Assembly: GCA_024400545.1 (NCBI GenBank)
Contig: JAKSMO010000003.1
Coordinates: 1,170-65,169 of the forward strand
Direction of reading: 5' to 3'
DNA from: Bacteroidales bacterium
GTDB taxonomy: Bacteria > Bacteroidota > Bacteroidia > Bacteroidales > P3
DNA: 64,000 bases
The translations under genes and the position numbers were made by a program. Shown in pieces: positions 1-9,487 of the stretch (within the stretch, counting starts at the first letter, position 1; every line of letters begins with the position of its first letter). The notes beneath the pieces were generated by a model, which saw nothing but the letters and a program-made list of their open reading frames with translations, was not told where the DNA came from and made no database searches.

Positions 1-1012
1 GCTTCTCACCTTCACTTAATCGGTCTAATACCATTTCTACATTATCTTGCTTCCATGAAATTCGAACAGAGTCTAAAATATCATCACATAACAATGTATC
101 GAAAAAACCCAACACTTGACCAGAAGATAACTCAAAGAGATTAAAAAATTCTTGAATGTCATTAACCCCATAAAAAACATACTGATATTGATCCTTATTA
201 CCTTTTTCTTTAAGGGTTCCAAAACTATTCAGACCATCAATAAAATCGGTTGAAACTTTGCCTTGTATCCCCCATGGATAGGCACTGTCTTTACTATTTT
301 TTTTAGCCCAGTAAGGTTTTTTTATGGTAATTGTAATCGAACAGTTGTTTACATTGACACCAATTTTGTTGAGTATCTTATTAGCAGTTTCTGACTTTTG
401 TGCCATCAAAGCCAATGTTATGAATTCAACGTATTCGGCTTTAATATAAACGAATGGGTTCGTTTCTGGAAGGTTTAGTGGTTTAAGTGAATAATTCTTT
501 TGGGTATTAATAATTTTGTCAATGTATTTGTCCTCAAAATGTTTGTTTAATTGGTATATGTGTTTAGAAATACCCGAATATGATAACACAATCTTTGATG
601 GTAAATACCGAATAAAGTTCTTGCGTTGAGACTTTTTTGCCATATCAATAGGCTTACCATCTATAGTAATATATGGAGCAAAGGTATTTGTGTTAGAATC
701 AGAATAATGACTTTCTATATTGATATCCCGACCACCAATAACGTATTCTATTTTGTAGTTGTTTATGAATTCGGCTGTTAAGTCGTCTAACACGAAATAC
801 TTGTAAAGATGTCCAAAAATATCAGCAAGACATTCAATAACCGTAGATTTTCCACTACCGTTTTCTCCAATTAGAACTACTAAATTGCTACTGATTCGGA
901 TATCAAATTTCTTTAATTTAAAGAAATCCTCTACCCATAAATATCTCAATTGGAAAGAGTCTATCTCGTCAACCATCTCATTCTTGAGCTCTTGTTGTTC
1001 TTTCTTTCGCAT
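1..1012 (-). CDS. P-loop ATPase (ABC/SMC-like, AAA_15/21 type), N-terminal 337 codons; the C-terminus lies beyond the window start
   Basis: Not in the supplied track because it is edge-truncated. Hand translation of the minus strand from ATG 1012..1010 gives MRKKEQQELKNEMVDEIDSFQLRYLWVEDFF..VVLIGENGSGKSTVIECLADIF (Walker A). The frame stays open to base 1, ending ..VLDRLSEGEK (LSxGE signature-like). It starts 16 nt after the hsdS stop on the same strand. Confidence 0.6.
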   Translation of the reverse strand, partial: MRKKEQQELKNEMVDEIDSFQLRYLWVEDFFKLKKFDIRISSNLVVLIGENGSGKSTVIECLADIFGHLYKYFVLDDLTAEFINNYKIEYVIGGRDINIESHYSDSNTNTFAPYITIDGKPIDMAKKSQRKNFIRYLPSKIVLSYSGISKHIYQLNKHFEDKYIDKIINTQKNYSLKPLNLPETNPFVYIKAEYVEFITLALMAQKSETANKILNKIGVNVNNCSITITIKKPYWAKKNSKDSAYPWGIQGKVSTDFIDGLNSFGTLKEKGNKDQYQYVFYGVNDIQEFFNLFELSSGQVLGFFDTLLCDDILDSVRISWKQDNVEMVLDRLSEGEK

Positions 1013-1028
1013 AACCTTAGATTATTTG

Positions 1029-2273
1029 TTATTCAAATATTTCGTTTTCAAAATCCGATAATGCTTTTTTGCGGAGGTCGGAGGCTTGTTGCTCAAGTAT
1101 CATGATTTGCTGTCTTCTCTCTAATATATGAGAAGTAATTATACTTTGAACATCAGCGGGTGGGATATTGATTTGTTGCTGTAATATCCGACTTTGAGAA
1201 AGAGACGGTTGTGCTGATACTGTTTTATGCGTATTAAGATTCAAATAAGAAATAGCTATCTCTAAATATTCCCAAGACACCTCTTCAAGTTTTTTATCGA
1301 CAATAAAAGCATTATCTGTAACCCAATAATAACCATCCACAAGATGAACATTCCCACAATATTCACCTACTCTTCCTATAATAATTCTTTTCCCACAATA
1401 ATTATACTTATCATGCGAACCTGTGATCCCATTACCCCCATAGACATGATACGTTGTCCCTATTTGCTCAGCAGCAGGGAGGAATGTTCCACTTTTAAGA
1501 CTTATCACATTTTTTAGAGAAATTCGGTTGTGTTTATCTGGGAAATAGTCTGTGGTTGCATTCCATAAGTCCCAGCGATCAGTATCTGTGAATCTTTTAT
1601 AATTTAGTCCAGTTTCAATACTTCCTTTTGCGTACCTAATTCCAAATTCACTTTGTAAGTACTGATTGATTTCCTTTTCAAGCTCTACTATTCGTCTCTC
1701 TTTTTCAAGTGCTTCAGCAATGGTAAGATTATATTTAGAAACAAGTTCGTTTTGGATGGAGGTTTTAGGTAAAGGTAATCTTAATTTCTGTAAGGTTTTA
1801 AACGATAAGTTCTGCCTTACTGATCCGGTTGTATTCTCTCGAATGATCTTATTGAAAGAGGGGGTTTTCATCAAGAGGAATAGATATTCTGGTAATAAAT
1901 CTGACGTGCAGCTAAATACAACATACGCTGGACTAATATATTCATATTGATGTTTGCGATACTTTATACCGATTGAACCCACATTAATACGATATGGGTT
2001 ATATGCTATCCACCCATCATCCATTTTTTTGTATTTTTGATGGATGTTAGATCCTTTTTCAATATAGGCATCAAATATTCCTATTTTATTGTTTACTCCG
2101 AGTATTCCATATTGTTGGTCGGATTCGCTAATATAGTATTTTTGATTTTGTTCAATAATATGACCTCCTAAAGATGAAATCGGCAGCTTTGAATGAAAAT
2201 GAGATTGCACAAGCCGCTTAATATCCCATTGTTGTAATTGGCTAAACTTGATTGTATTTAATGCATTCATCAC
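1029..2273 (-). CDS. hsdS: Restriction-modification specificity (S) subunit with two target-recognition halves
   Basis: 414 aa with a 4-nt overlap with the upstream methylase gene. It has two repeated halves, each followed by a conserved helical spacer (..LEKERRIVELEKEINQYL.. and ..RRQQIMILEQQASDLRKKAL..), which is typical of HsdS. Confidence 0.75.
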   Translation of the reverse strand: MMNALNTIKFSQLQQWDIKRLVQSHFHSKLPISSLGGHIIEQNQKYYISESDQQYGILGVNNKIGIFDAYIEKGSNIHQKYKKMDDGWIAYNPYRINVGSIGIKYRKHQYEYISPAYVVFSCTSDLLPEYLFLLMKTPSFNKIIRENTTGSVRQNLSFKTLQKLRLPLPKTSIQNELVSKYNLTIAEALEKERRIVELEKEINQYLQSEFGIRYAKGSIETGLNYKRFTDTDRWDLWNATTDYFPDKHNRISLKNVISLKSGTFLPAAEQIGTTYHVYGGNGITGSHDKYNYCGKRIIIGRVGEYCGNVHLVDGYYWVTDNAFIVDKKLEEVSWEYLEIAISYLNLNTHKTVSAQPSLSQSRILQQQINIPPADVQSIITSHILERRQQIMILEQQASDLRKKALSDFENEIFE

Positions 2274-4546
2274 GAGTCCCCTTTCTGATATTCAAGTTCC
2301 ATTTCTTGCACTTCCCCATTGGGTAGAACAACTTCTCGATATAGATTACCCCTATCATCTTTCCTGTAGGATACTTTATTGGTTGTATTGTCCCACAGTT
2401 TATGCGCTTGCCTATATGCAGTAAATTCCTTACAAACTTCAGGCAACTCATCGCTGATACTAGCACCCGTAGTGGATATACCTGCATATTTGACTTCGGC
2501 AATGGGTATTTCATAGTCAAAGAGTTCTTTTGTGCGTGCAACTATCTCATTGGCCATACGGTCTTCTAACCGCTTCAGTTGAGCCTTCAACTGCTTCTTT
2601 TCTTCCGCGGTAGGTGATTTCTTACCTTTTGCTTCTATCTTTTTCACCAATTCCTCTTTTTCGGTCTTATGGTGCGCTCTTACCTCAATTCCAGACTTGT
2701 AGGCAGCATTGTCAAATTGTTGGCGTTCTTCATCGGTGAATTTCTTGAAGAAGATAAGGCTGGGTTTTACTGTTGCTCCCGATGCGATAAAAACATCCTG
2801 AGGTATGGACACTATAAGCAATATTTTAGCCTTGCCCTCAATATATTCGCGAACTTTTTGTAATTTACCAGTATTAAGTACACCTTCAGGCAACACAATG
2901 CCCATACGTCCGCCAGGCTTGAGCAGATTGATGCATCGCTCGATGAACATTACCTCGGTAAGACCACCACTCATCTTGCCAGTCTCGTACAGACTCCAAA
3001 ATGGTTTGCCAATGTTGTCGTTGACTTGACGTAGTGCATTGTCGTAGTCTTTACCATAATGCTCTCGATATGCTTTGATCTTATCTTGGTCGGTAAATCG
3101 GTCGGCCTCATTAATCTTCATATCTTTGCTCACCCGCTGACCAAATGGCGGATTGGTCAGGATGACATCAAACCGGTTCTCCCAGATGCCATTCACGTTC
3201 AACAAGCCATCGTGATGATGCACACCACCGTGTCCATCACCGTGCATAATCATGTTCATTTTGGCAGTACGAGCCATACGAGGATTTGCATCAGTACCAA
3301 AAATGCAGTTGTACGAAAGATTGCGCAATCGGCCGTTAGGGTTGCTAAGATCAATTTCATAATTCATCTTAGCAAATGTTTCGGTGATTTTTTCATCAAT
3401 CTCTTCCTTTTGATCTTCAGAAAGAGATTCGTAGTCATCGGGATAGAGTTGATTCTTGAGTTTTCGTTTGTGTTCCGAAAGTTCGTTCTCGATCTTCTCT
3501 CTTACATACTCAAAGGCCTTGATTAAGAATCCGCCACTACCACAACATGGGTCACAGATGAGTTCCCCTTCCACGGGGTCGAGCACTTCAGTCATGAAAT
3601 TCACGATAGTGCGGGGGGTGAAGAATTGTCCTAACTCACCACGGAAGGTCTTGCCCAAGAATTTTTCAAAAGCTATGCCTTTCACATCGTCGCTGGTAAT
3701 AGACAGATTGTAAACTTCCAACTCCTTTACAATTTTCTCAAAACTATCTTCACGAATGCGAATAGTCTCTGTGGCTTCAAAAAGATTGTCGTTCTTGAAT
3801 TCATCTTTGGTCTGTTGAAACAAGAACTGATAAAAGACAGGGCCATCTTTTGGCCGATACTTGTTATATGTGTCACGGTCTTTTTTGAAGGTATCGAGTG
3901 AGAAAATCTGAGTCTTCGAGTTCTGCCGTTCGTAGCGAATCTTGATGAAAAGTATCTTGCTTATCTCATCAAATGCAGCTTCTGGCGACAATTTATCATT
4001 GTTACGGATGATATTGTGGCAGGTCATTAGCAGTCTGGTGAATTCCTCGCGGGTAAATTCTCGAGTCTGCTTCAGAATTTCTTGAATTTTTTTTCTATCG
4101 TTAGCTATGTCTGCTTTAGGAATGTCTGCAATCTCATCCAGTTCCTTTGGCATCTTAGACTTATCAACTTTGAAGATGCGAGTTTCTTTTAGGTTGGTTG
4201 TGACAAAGAAGTCTGCTCCGGCCCAACCAGCATAATTGTAGCCCTGGAAGTAGTCTGCTTGGCGGATTGTTACATTTTCTGCTTTGCACTCCACAACAAT
4301 CAAAGGAGTTTTTGAGTCCAACTTATCCTGTTCGTTTCGCCAAATGACAATGTCGGCTCTAGCCATACCCTGTCCACGTTGTGAGTTATTGACTTGCATT
4401 TCCTGTGCCATCTGGCTGAGACTATAGCCATAGTAATCCACCAAGCGGCAAATATAAGTTTGGCGTACCTCTTCTTCAGGTTTCAATACCAGCCACTTTT
4501 CTTTCAGTGGTGCGTATATCTTATTGTCTTTTATTTGAATTTCCAT
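2270..4546 (-). CDS. hsdM: N6-adenine DNA methyltransferase (HsdM-like) with an N-terminal PD-(D/E)xK HSDR_N-type domain
   Basis: 758 aa. Catalytic motif IV is ILTNPPFGQ and the AdoMet motif is DPCCGSGGFL. The N-terminal ~130 aa carry RADIVIW..(x19)..IVVECK, a PD-ExK-like signature. Confidence 0.8.
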   Translation of the reverse strand: MEIQIKDNKIYAPLKEKWLVLKPEEEVRQTYICRLVDYYGYSLSQMAQEMQVNNSQRGQGMARADIVIWRNEQDKLDSKTPLIVVECKAENVTIRQADYFQGYNYAGWAGADFFVTTNLKETRIFKVDKSKMPKELDEIADIPKADIANDRKKIQEILKQTREFTREEFTRLLMTCHNIIRNNDKLSPEAAFDEISKILFIKIRYERQNSKTQIFSLDTFKKDRDTYNKYRPKDGPVFYQFLFQQTKDEFKNDNLFEATETIRIREDSFEKIVKELEVYNLSITSDDVKGIAFEKFLGKTFRGELGQFFTPRTIVNFMTEVLDPVEGELICDPCCGSGGFLIKAFEYVREKIENELSEHKRKLKNQLYPDDYESLSEDQKEEIDEKITETFAKMNYEIDLSNPNGRLRNLSYNCIFGTDANPRMARTAKMNMIMHGDGHGGVHHHDGLLNVNGIWENRFDVILTNPPFGQRVSKDMKINEADRFTDQDKIKAYREHYGKDYDNALRQVNDNIGKPFWSLYETGKMSGGLTEVMFIERCINLLKPGGRMGIVLPEGVLNTGKLQKVREYIEGKAKILLIVSIPQDVFIASGATVKPSLIFFKKFTDEERQQFDNAAYKSGIEVRAHHKTEKEELVKKIEAKGKKSPTAEEKKQLKAQLKRLEDRMANEIVARTKELFDYEIPIAEVKYAGISTTGASISDELPEVCKEFTAYRQAHKLWDNTTNKVSYRKDDRGNLYREVVLPNGEVQEMELEYQKGDS

Positions 4547-4714
4547 AATTGCTTAGCCGACTAGTTATTTTTAAATAGGAGCGTTATCGCTTGTGATACA
4601 CATTTTCAAATGTGATATATTATCATTGACCAGCACTCATCAAATGGCTTATGACTCTGTGCGAACGATTCGGCCAACTTCAAGTCGGCGATGATATGGT
4701 TTCTACTTGTCATT

Positions 4715-5905
4715 CTACTTGGCGCGTTTCAGTTTGAGATAAAGATGATAAAGCCTGTCGTACTCGTCACCGATGACATCAGACACAGAGTCTAGGCTGT
4801 TTATACCGATGAGACGAGTCTTCTCGTCAATCAAACTTTTGCAATAAATATCGGATTCAGGATCCAATGAATAAACACTAATCAACTCATCATTCAAATA
4901 TACGCCATCATACACCTCCTTCAAGTGCTCAGCCCCACCATCGAACTCATTAATGATGCGATATGCTAATAGTGTCACATTCAGGCAAGACAATATATAG
5001 GGGCTATGTGTTGTGATTACCAAATTATGAAGAAGATCCATTCTGTGCATCAGAAATTTCAGCAGTTCTCTCTGATTGGTAGGGAAGAGATTCTGTTCTG
5101 GCTCTTCGATGACAAACGAGTCAAAGCAGGCTAACTTCAATGCATAATCTATCACCATCACCAAGGGTAGTACACACTGAATACCCGAAGAGCATGCTTG
5201 GAACGGCAAAAGACGTTCAGCCCCGTCTTGCCCATCAGCAATGCGGATACGTTCCTTCCCATCTTTGATGGTGAAGTGGGCATTCAAGAAAGGAACATCA
5301 TAATCCTTCAGCGTATTCTTGGCCTTCTCAAACACGCTCATGTATTCAATCAAGGCATCGTAGAGTGGCACTTGCGCGGCCAGCATACTCGCTAGGGAGG
5401 TGGACAATGTGCCGGCAAGATTTCGTTCGGCCGGAACATAGAGGATGGTTCGGGCATTGGAATTGATAATCTTGCCATATTTCTCCATCACGGAAGGATC
5501 GCTAAAATCCGATACACCCAACTGCGACAGAAGGGTTTGGTTAGATGATAATAGATTTTGCTGAATCTTTTTGGCAAGATCCTCTTTTGCCTGGCCAAAA
5601 ACATTTATTCCAAAGACGCCTTTTGTGTATGTGATTGCATAATGGCCCCACACTCTCTCAAACTCGTATAGCAACTCGGTATCGTCATAAAAAAACTCAT
5701 CAATACAGAACTTGGCGAAAGGAGCTATCGGGTTCTCTTCAGCTTTCAGCAGCTTCAGTATCCAACTCATGTCCCTACAGATGGTGAGCACTTTTGATAT
5801 GGTGCTCTTGCCACAGCCTTGGGTGCCGATGAATACCGTCAGTGGTAGTATACCGACATTCAAATCCTTTACTGGACCCAAATGATGAATTTTTAACTTT
5901 TCCAT
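4715..5905 (-). CDS. ABC-like P-loop ATPase (AAA_21-type), stand-alone
   Basis: 396 aa. Motifs: Walker A GTQGCGKST, Walker B/D-loop VIEEPEQNLFP, H-loop TTHSPYIL. It is a paralog of the ATPase at 25823..27007. Confidence 0.7.
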   Translation of the reverse strand: MEKLKIHHLGPVKDLNVGILPLTVFIGTQGCGKSTISKVLTICRDMSWILKLLKAEENPIAPFAKFCIDEFFYDDTELLYEFERVWGHYAITYTKGVFGINVFGQAKEDLAKKIQQNLLSSNQTLLSQLGVSDFSDPSVMEKYGKIINSNARTILYVPAERNLAGTLSTSLASMLAAQVPLYDALIEYMSVFEKAKNTLKDYDVPFLNAHFTIKDGKERIRIADGQDGAERLLPFQACSSGIQCVLPLVMVIDYALKLACFDSFVIEEPEQNLFPTNQRELLKFLMHRMDLLHNLVITTHSPYILSCLNVTLLAYRIINEFDGGAEHLKEVYDGVYLNDELISVYSLDPESDIYCKSLIDEKTRLIGINSLDSVSDVIGDEYDRLYHLYLKLKRAK

Positions 5906-6150
5906 ATTGCTATAAATCCATTACTTCACAACAAGAAGGCTTTATTATTATTAATACTTCTGCAATGGGTGTATTTATAATTTGCCTATATTATTAATTA
6001 TTAATATTTCTCAGCAAACAGCATCTACTATTCGCTATTGCAAAAATACAAAAAAAATCCAATATTGTCCAAATATTTTTTTCCGATAAGGCATTCTTAA
6101 ATTCGAGTTTACAGTTGAGAGCAGAATATCGAAGAGCGGGGCGATACGGC

Positions 6151-7023
6151 TTACGCTTCACCAAGTTGCGCTGCCAACATCTCGGGCGAGGAGTAATGGT
6201 CGAAGAGGGTGCTATCGGAGAGGAGGAGCTGCTGGCGGGAGACCCGGAGGCCGGACTTGTTGTTGCGGGTGTGAACCAAGGCACCGGCATAGTAGGTTGG
6301 TGCATATCGGCTTTCTGCTACAATGGGCGAGAAACACAACAGTCCACCACTAACGGCCAGCGGGTTGCGGGCAGCCGCCCACAATTGTTCTCTGACAAAT
6401 TTGTCTAGGGAATCACCACAACCGCGGTCCATCGGAATTCGGAATACGAGGAATCTCAGTCCGGTCAAGTGCGGCTCAGAGTCTTCATGTAATCCCGCAT
6501 CCCGCAAAGATTGCTCACCGACAATCACTTGCAGGCTATCGCCATACTCCCATCCGGCATTATTGCGCACAATAGCATTGGCCAAGTCGCACACCCGGGT
6601 TCGGTCGGAAATTGTCAGTCCGCCTACATTCAAATCAGAGCAATACATTTCATTCACATACGAATATCCGATAGGCTGGAGCGTACCGCTGGACACGACC
6701 ATCGGAGCCAACACGCCCGTGTCATCGACACCACGTGACGGAATCCACGCATGGTTGGGCAGCACCAAGTTGGCACCTCTGAAAACATGGCAGGCACGGC
6801 GAGTGCCGGAAACCTCTTCGAAATTCTCCTTCAAACCGTCTTTCAGCCTTCTATATGTCAGCAGAATATTATTCAGTTTCATCCTTTGCACCAACTGCTT
6901 GCGAGTCTTAGCGTCGTGAAAAAAGCCGGGCAGTTCCGACACAACTGTTACACCATCTTTCTGACTGTATTTCAAGCCACCAACTTTGCCGCTCAGGGCA
7001 GGTCCTTTTTTGAGTATTGCCAT
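6151..7023 (-). CDS. Hypothetical protein (290 aa)
   Basis: Long GC-rich ORF with ATG start MAILKKGPALSGK. I recognise no motif. The shift from AT-rich to GC-rich composition begins about 6120. Confidence 0.5.
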   Translation of the reverse strand: MAILKKGPALSGKVGGLKYSQKDGVTVVSELPGFFHDAKTRKQLVQRMKLNNILLTYRRLKDGLKENFEEVSGTRRACHVFRGANLVLPNHAWIPSRGVDDTGVLAPMVVSSGTLQPIGYSYVNEMYCSDLNVGGLTISDRTRVCDLANAIVRNNAGWEYGDSLQVIVGEQSLRDAGLHEDSEPHLTGLRFLVFRIPMDRGCGDSLDKFVREQLWAAARNPLAVSGGLLCFSPIVAESRYAPTYYAGALVHTRNNKSGLRVSRQQLLLSDSTLFDHYSSPEMLAAQLGEA

Positions 7024-7155
7024 ATTAAAACGTATTAATCCTTATCTCCTATTATCAAAAACCATGCCACACGCTAATCTGTCATACATACGACCATCAT
7101 CCTTCGCACTACTGCCATTCTGACATCATTGCAAATCCATTGCATCCTCATTGGT

Positions 7156-7197
7156 GGAATGAAGTTGCAATGAACTTGGAATGAAGTTGCAATGAAG
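7156..7197. repeat. Tandem direct repeat, 2 x ~20 nt (ggaatgaagttgcaatgaa), period 22
   Basis: Copies at 7156..7174 and 7178..7197, read directly from the sequence. Confidence 0.85.
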
Positions 7198-7240
7198 ATG
7201 CAGCGAAATATCTACGGACAAAATATCTTGGCTTAGTTGT

Positions 7241-7441
7241 TTAGCTGCTTGGTTGTTTAGTTGCTTAGTTGTTGTCGCAACGTTTAAGCAACTAAGCAAT
7301 TAAACGTCTAAGCTTTGATTCTCGCAACGTTTAAGCAACTAAACGATTTAATGATTAAGCAACTAAACAACCCCATAAACTCATAAACCTATAAACAAGT
7401 AAACTACTAAGCAACTAAGCAATTAAACGTCTAAGCTTTGA
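7241..7441. repeat. Composite direct and inverted repeat cluster downstream of the M64 peptidase gene
   Basis: A 33-nt direct repeat aagcaactaagcaattaaacgtctaagctttga occurs at 7286..7318 and 7409..7441. A 21-nt repeat tcgcaacgtttaagcaactaa occurs at 7275..7295 and 7322..7342. A 16-nt inverted pair is ggttgtttagttgctt (7250..7265) and aagcaactaaacaacc (7357..7372). Confidence 0.85.
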
Positions 7442-7454
7442 GGTGCTAACAGTT

Positions 7455-8765
7455 CTATTTCACATAGAGGTCGAACACCTGGTTGAGGCGCTGGGCGCAG
7501 ACGGGACAGAAGGGAGCGTAGTCGCGCATCATGCAGCGCATGGTGGGTCGGTAGATGCCGTGGGCGTGATAGCCGGCACCTTCGTAAACGCCCAGGGGGC
7601 CGCACTGATTGCGGGGGATGTTGTTGTCGGCAGGGGTGGGAATGGCGGTGCCTTTGGGGAGCATCGACTTCCATTTTTGGTCGAAATGGACGAGGGTGGT
7701 GATGTTGGGCTCAGTGGGCTCAAAACTGGCAGCATGGGTGTCGGCATAGCTGAGGTCTTCATCAACATATTCGTCGGCCAGGCCGCCAATGCTGTGACCC
7801 AGCTCGTGGGGCAGCACCATGCCTGCCATCTTGTTGAGCGAGCTCATGGCATAGAAGTTATAAATGCCGCCACCGCCATAGGTCTCGCTGTTGGCCATGA
7901 TGATGATGTGGTCGCAGGGTGTGATGCCGATGGCGTCGTGGAGGCGGAAGAGGTGCATGGTCATGAGGTAGCGGTCGGCACCAAAGGTATTGTAGCTGGC
8001 GCCCACAAGACTTTTGACGAAAATGCCTTTGTTGGGATCGGTGATGCCCGACTCGCGCCCGGTGGCGGGGATGCCCCAGACGTTGAAGTCGGACTTGCGG
8101 CTGGCAAAGGGTTCCTGGCCGAGGAGGTACTGGCAGAATTTCTGCAGGTCGGCGCGCATCTTGGCGGTGTCGGCAGGGCCATAGCCTTCGGGCACGATGA
8201 CGACATCAACTTTCTGATGCACATCGCCCATGAACTGAAGCTCTATGGGCTCGACGACACTGAGCTTGACATATTCGCGCTGGCGCAGGGCACGGAGACG
8301 CTCCTCGGGATTGTATCGCACGACGGACTGGGTGAAGAATTTCTGGTCGGCGCCACGCTCTTCCCAACAGATGTCTACCGGACGTTTGGGCCAGGGCAGA
8401 CGTACCACTTCTTCAAAGAACTGGATGCTGTCTTTGCCTTCAGGGGTGTCGCGATATTCCGCAAAGAGGCTGTTGTAGCAGCGCGAATAGATGGTTTTGC
8501 CGCTCTTGGCATCTTTCATCACAATGCGGAAAAGACCGTTGTCGAAAGGGTCGATGAGCTGGGTGAGGGAGCCCGACCACTGCGGAAGGCGTTCGTCGTA
8601 GGCACCCAGAACGGTGTCGGACTGACGGTTGCCAGCGCGCTGATAGTCGATACGCAGGGTGGCATCTTCAAAATACTTGGAAAACTTGACTTTCTGCGCT
8701 GCTGCGCCGCCGTTTGCCAACAGGGCAAACAGTACTACGAAGGTGGTAAGAATGTGTTTCATCAT
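7455..8765 (-). CDS. M64-family (IgA-peptidase-like) zinc metallopeptidase, secreted
   Basis: 436 aa. It has a signal peptide MMKHILTTFVVLFALLANGGAAAQ and the zinc motif HELGHSIGGLADEY. Confidence 0.75.
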   Translation of the reverse strand: MMKHILTTFVVLFALLANGGAAAQKVKFSKYFEDATLRIDYQRAGNRQSDTVLGAYDERLPQWSGSLTQLIDPFDNGLFRIVMKDAKSGKTIYSRCYNSLFAEYRDTPEGKDSIQFFEEVVRLPWPKRPVDICWEERGADQKFFTQSVVRYNPEERLRALRQREYVKLSVVEPIELQFMGDVHQKVDVVIVPEGYGPADTAKMRADLQKFCQYLLGQEPFASRKSDFNVWGIPATGRESGITDPNKGIFVKSLVGASYNTFGADRYLMTMHLFRLHDAIGITPCDHIIIMANSETYGGGGIYNFYAMSSLNKMAGMVLPHELGHSIGGLADEYVDEDLSYADTHAASFEPTEPNITTLVHFDQKWKSMLPKGTAIPTPADNNIPRNQCGPLGVYEGAGYHAHGIYRPTMRCMMRDYAPFCPVCAQRLNQVFDLYVK

Positions 8766-8835
8766 GCACTAAAAACGAGATTTTATAAAAAAAAGTATTT
8801 TAATTCATAAAAAGTTTGTACTTTTGCAATCTGTT

Positions 8836-9456
8836 ATGATAACAAAGATATTTGCCGACAACCCCAATACACGCGAAGTAAGACGCGTGGTGGATTTGCT
8901 GAACGAGGGCGGAATAGTGGTGGTGCCCACCGACACGATTTACGCTTTTGCCTGCAGCATGGAGTTTAAACGCTCTGTGGAGAAGATAGCCCAGCTGAAG
9001 GGTTTCTCGCTGAAAAAAGCCCGCTACTCGATGCTGTGCTCGAGCCTGAGCATGGCCTCGGAATATGTGCGCCCCATGGACAAGGATACTTTTTCACTGT
9101 TGAAAGAATGCCTGCCCGGCCCTTATACCTTTGTGATGGACGCCAACAACAACGTGCCACGCAACTACTTGAACCCCAATAAGACGATTGGCATTAGAGT
9201 GCCCGACAACAATATACTGCGCACGATTATCGAGGCGATGGGATGCCCGCTGATAGGCACCTCGGTGCGGCGCGAAGATGCCGACCAAGAGACTGAATAC
9301 CTGACCGACGCCGAGCTGATAAACGAGGATTTTGGCAACCGTGTGGATTTGGTGGTTGACGGCGGCATTGGCGACGACCAGCCCTCGACAGTAATAGACT
9401 GCTCGGGCAGCAACCTGGAGGTGATTCGCTACGGCAAAGGCGAGATTGACCTTTGA
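8836..9456 (+). CDS. tsaC: L-threonylcarbamoyladenylate synthase (YrdC/Sua5 family)
   Basis: The track ORF starts at TTG 8824, and the first ATG is at 8836 (MITKIFADNPNTREV). YrdC-like motifs are VVVPTDTIYAFAC and IGIRVPDN. A TAnnTTTG box (TACTTTTG) lies at 8819..8826, only 10 nt upstream. Confidence 0.8.
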   Translation: MITKIFADNPNTREVRRVVDLLNEGGIVVVPTDTIYAFACSMEFKRSVEKIAQLKGFSLKKARYSMLCSSLSMASEYVRPMDKDTFSLLKECLPGPYTFVMDANNNVPRNYLNPNKTIGIRVPDNNILRTIIEAMGCPLIGTSVRREDADQETEYLTDAELINEDFGNRVDLVVDGGIGDDQPSTVIDCSGSNLEVIRYGKGEIDL

Positions 9457-9487
9457 TACTGACATTCAAAAAAATGATTATTCCATA

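Noticed and set aside
4609-4713. A 34-codon ORF directly after the orphan ATPase, possibly a decayed partner gene.
   Set aside because: It is too short and has no recognisable similarity to the 187-aa partner at 25263..25826. It is mentioned only within a finding and is not called as a gene.
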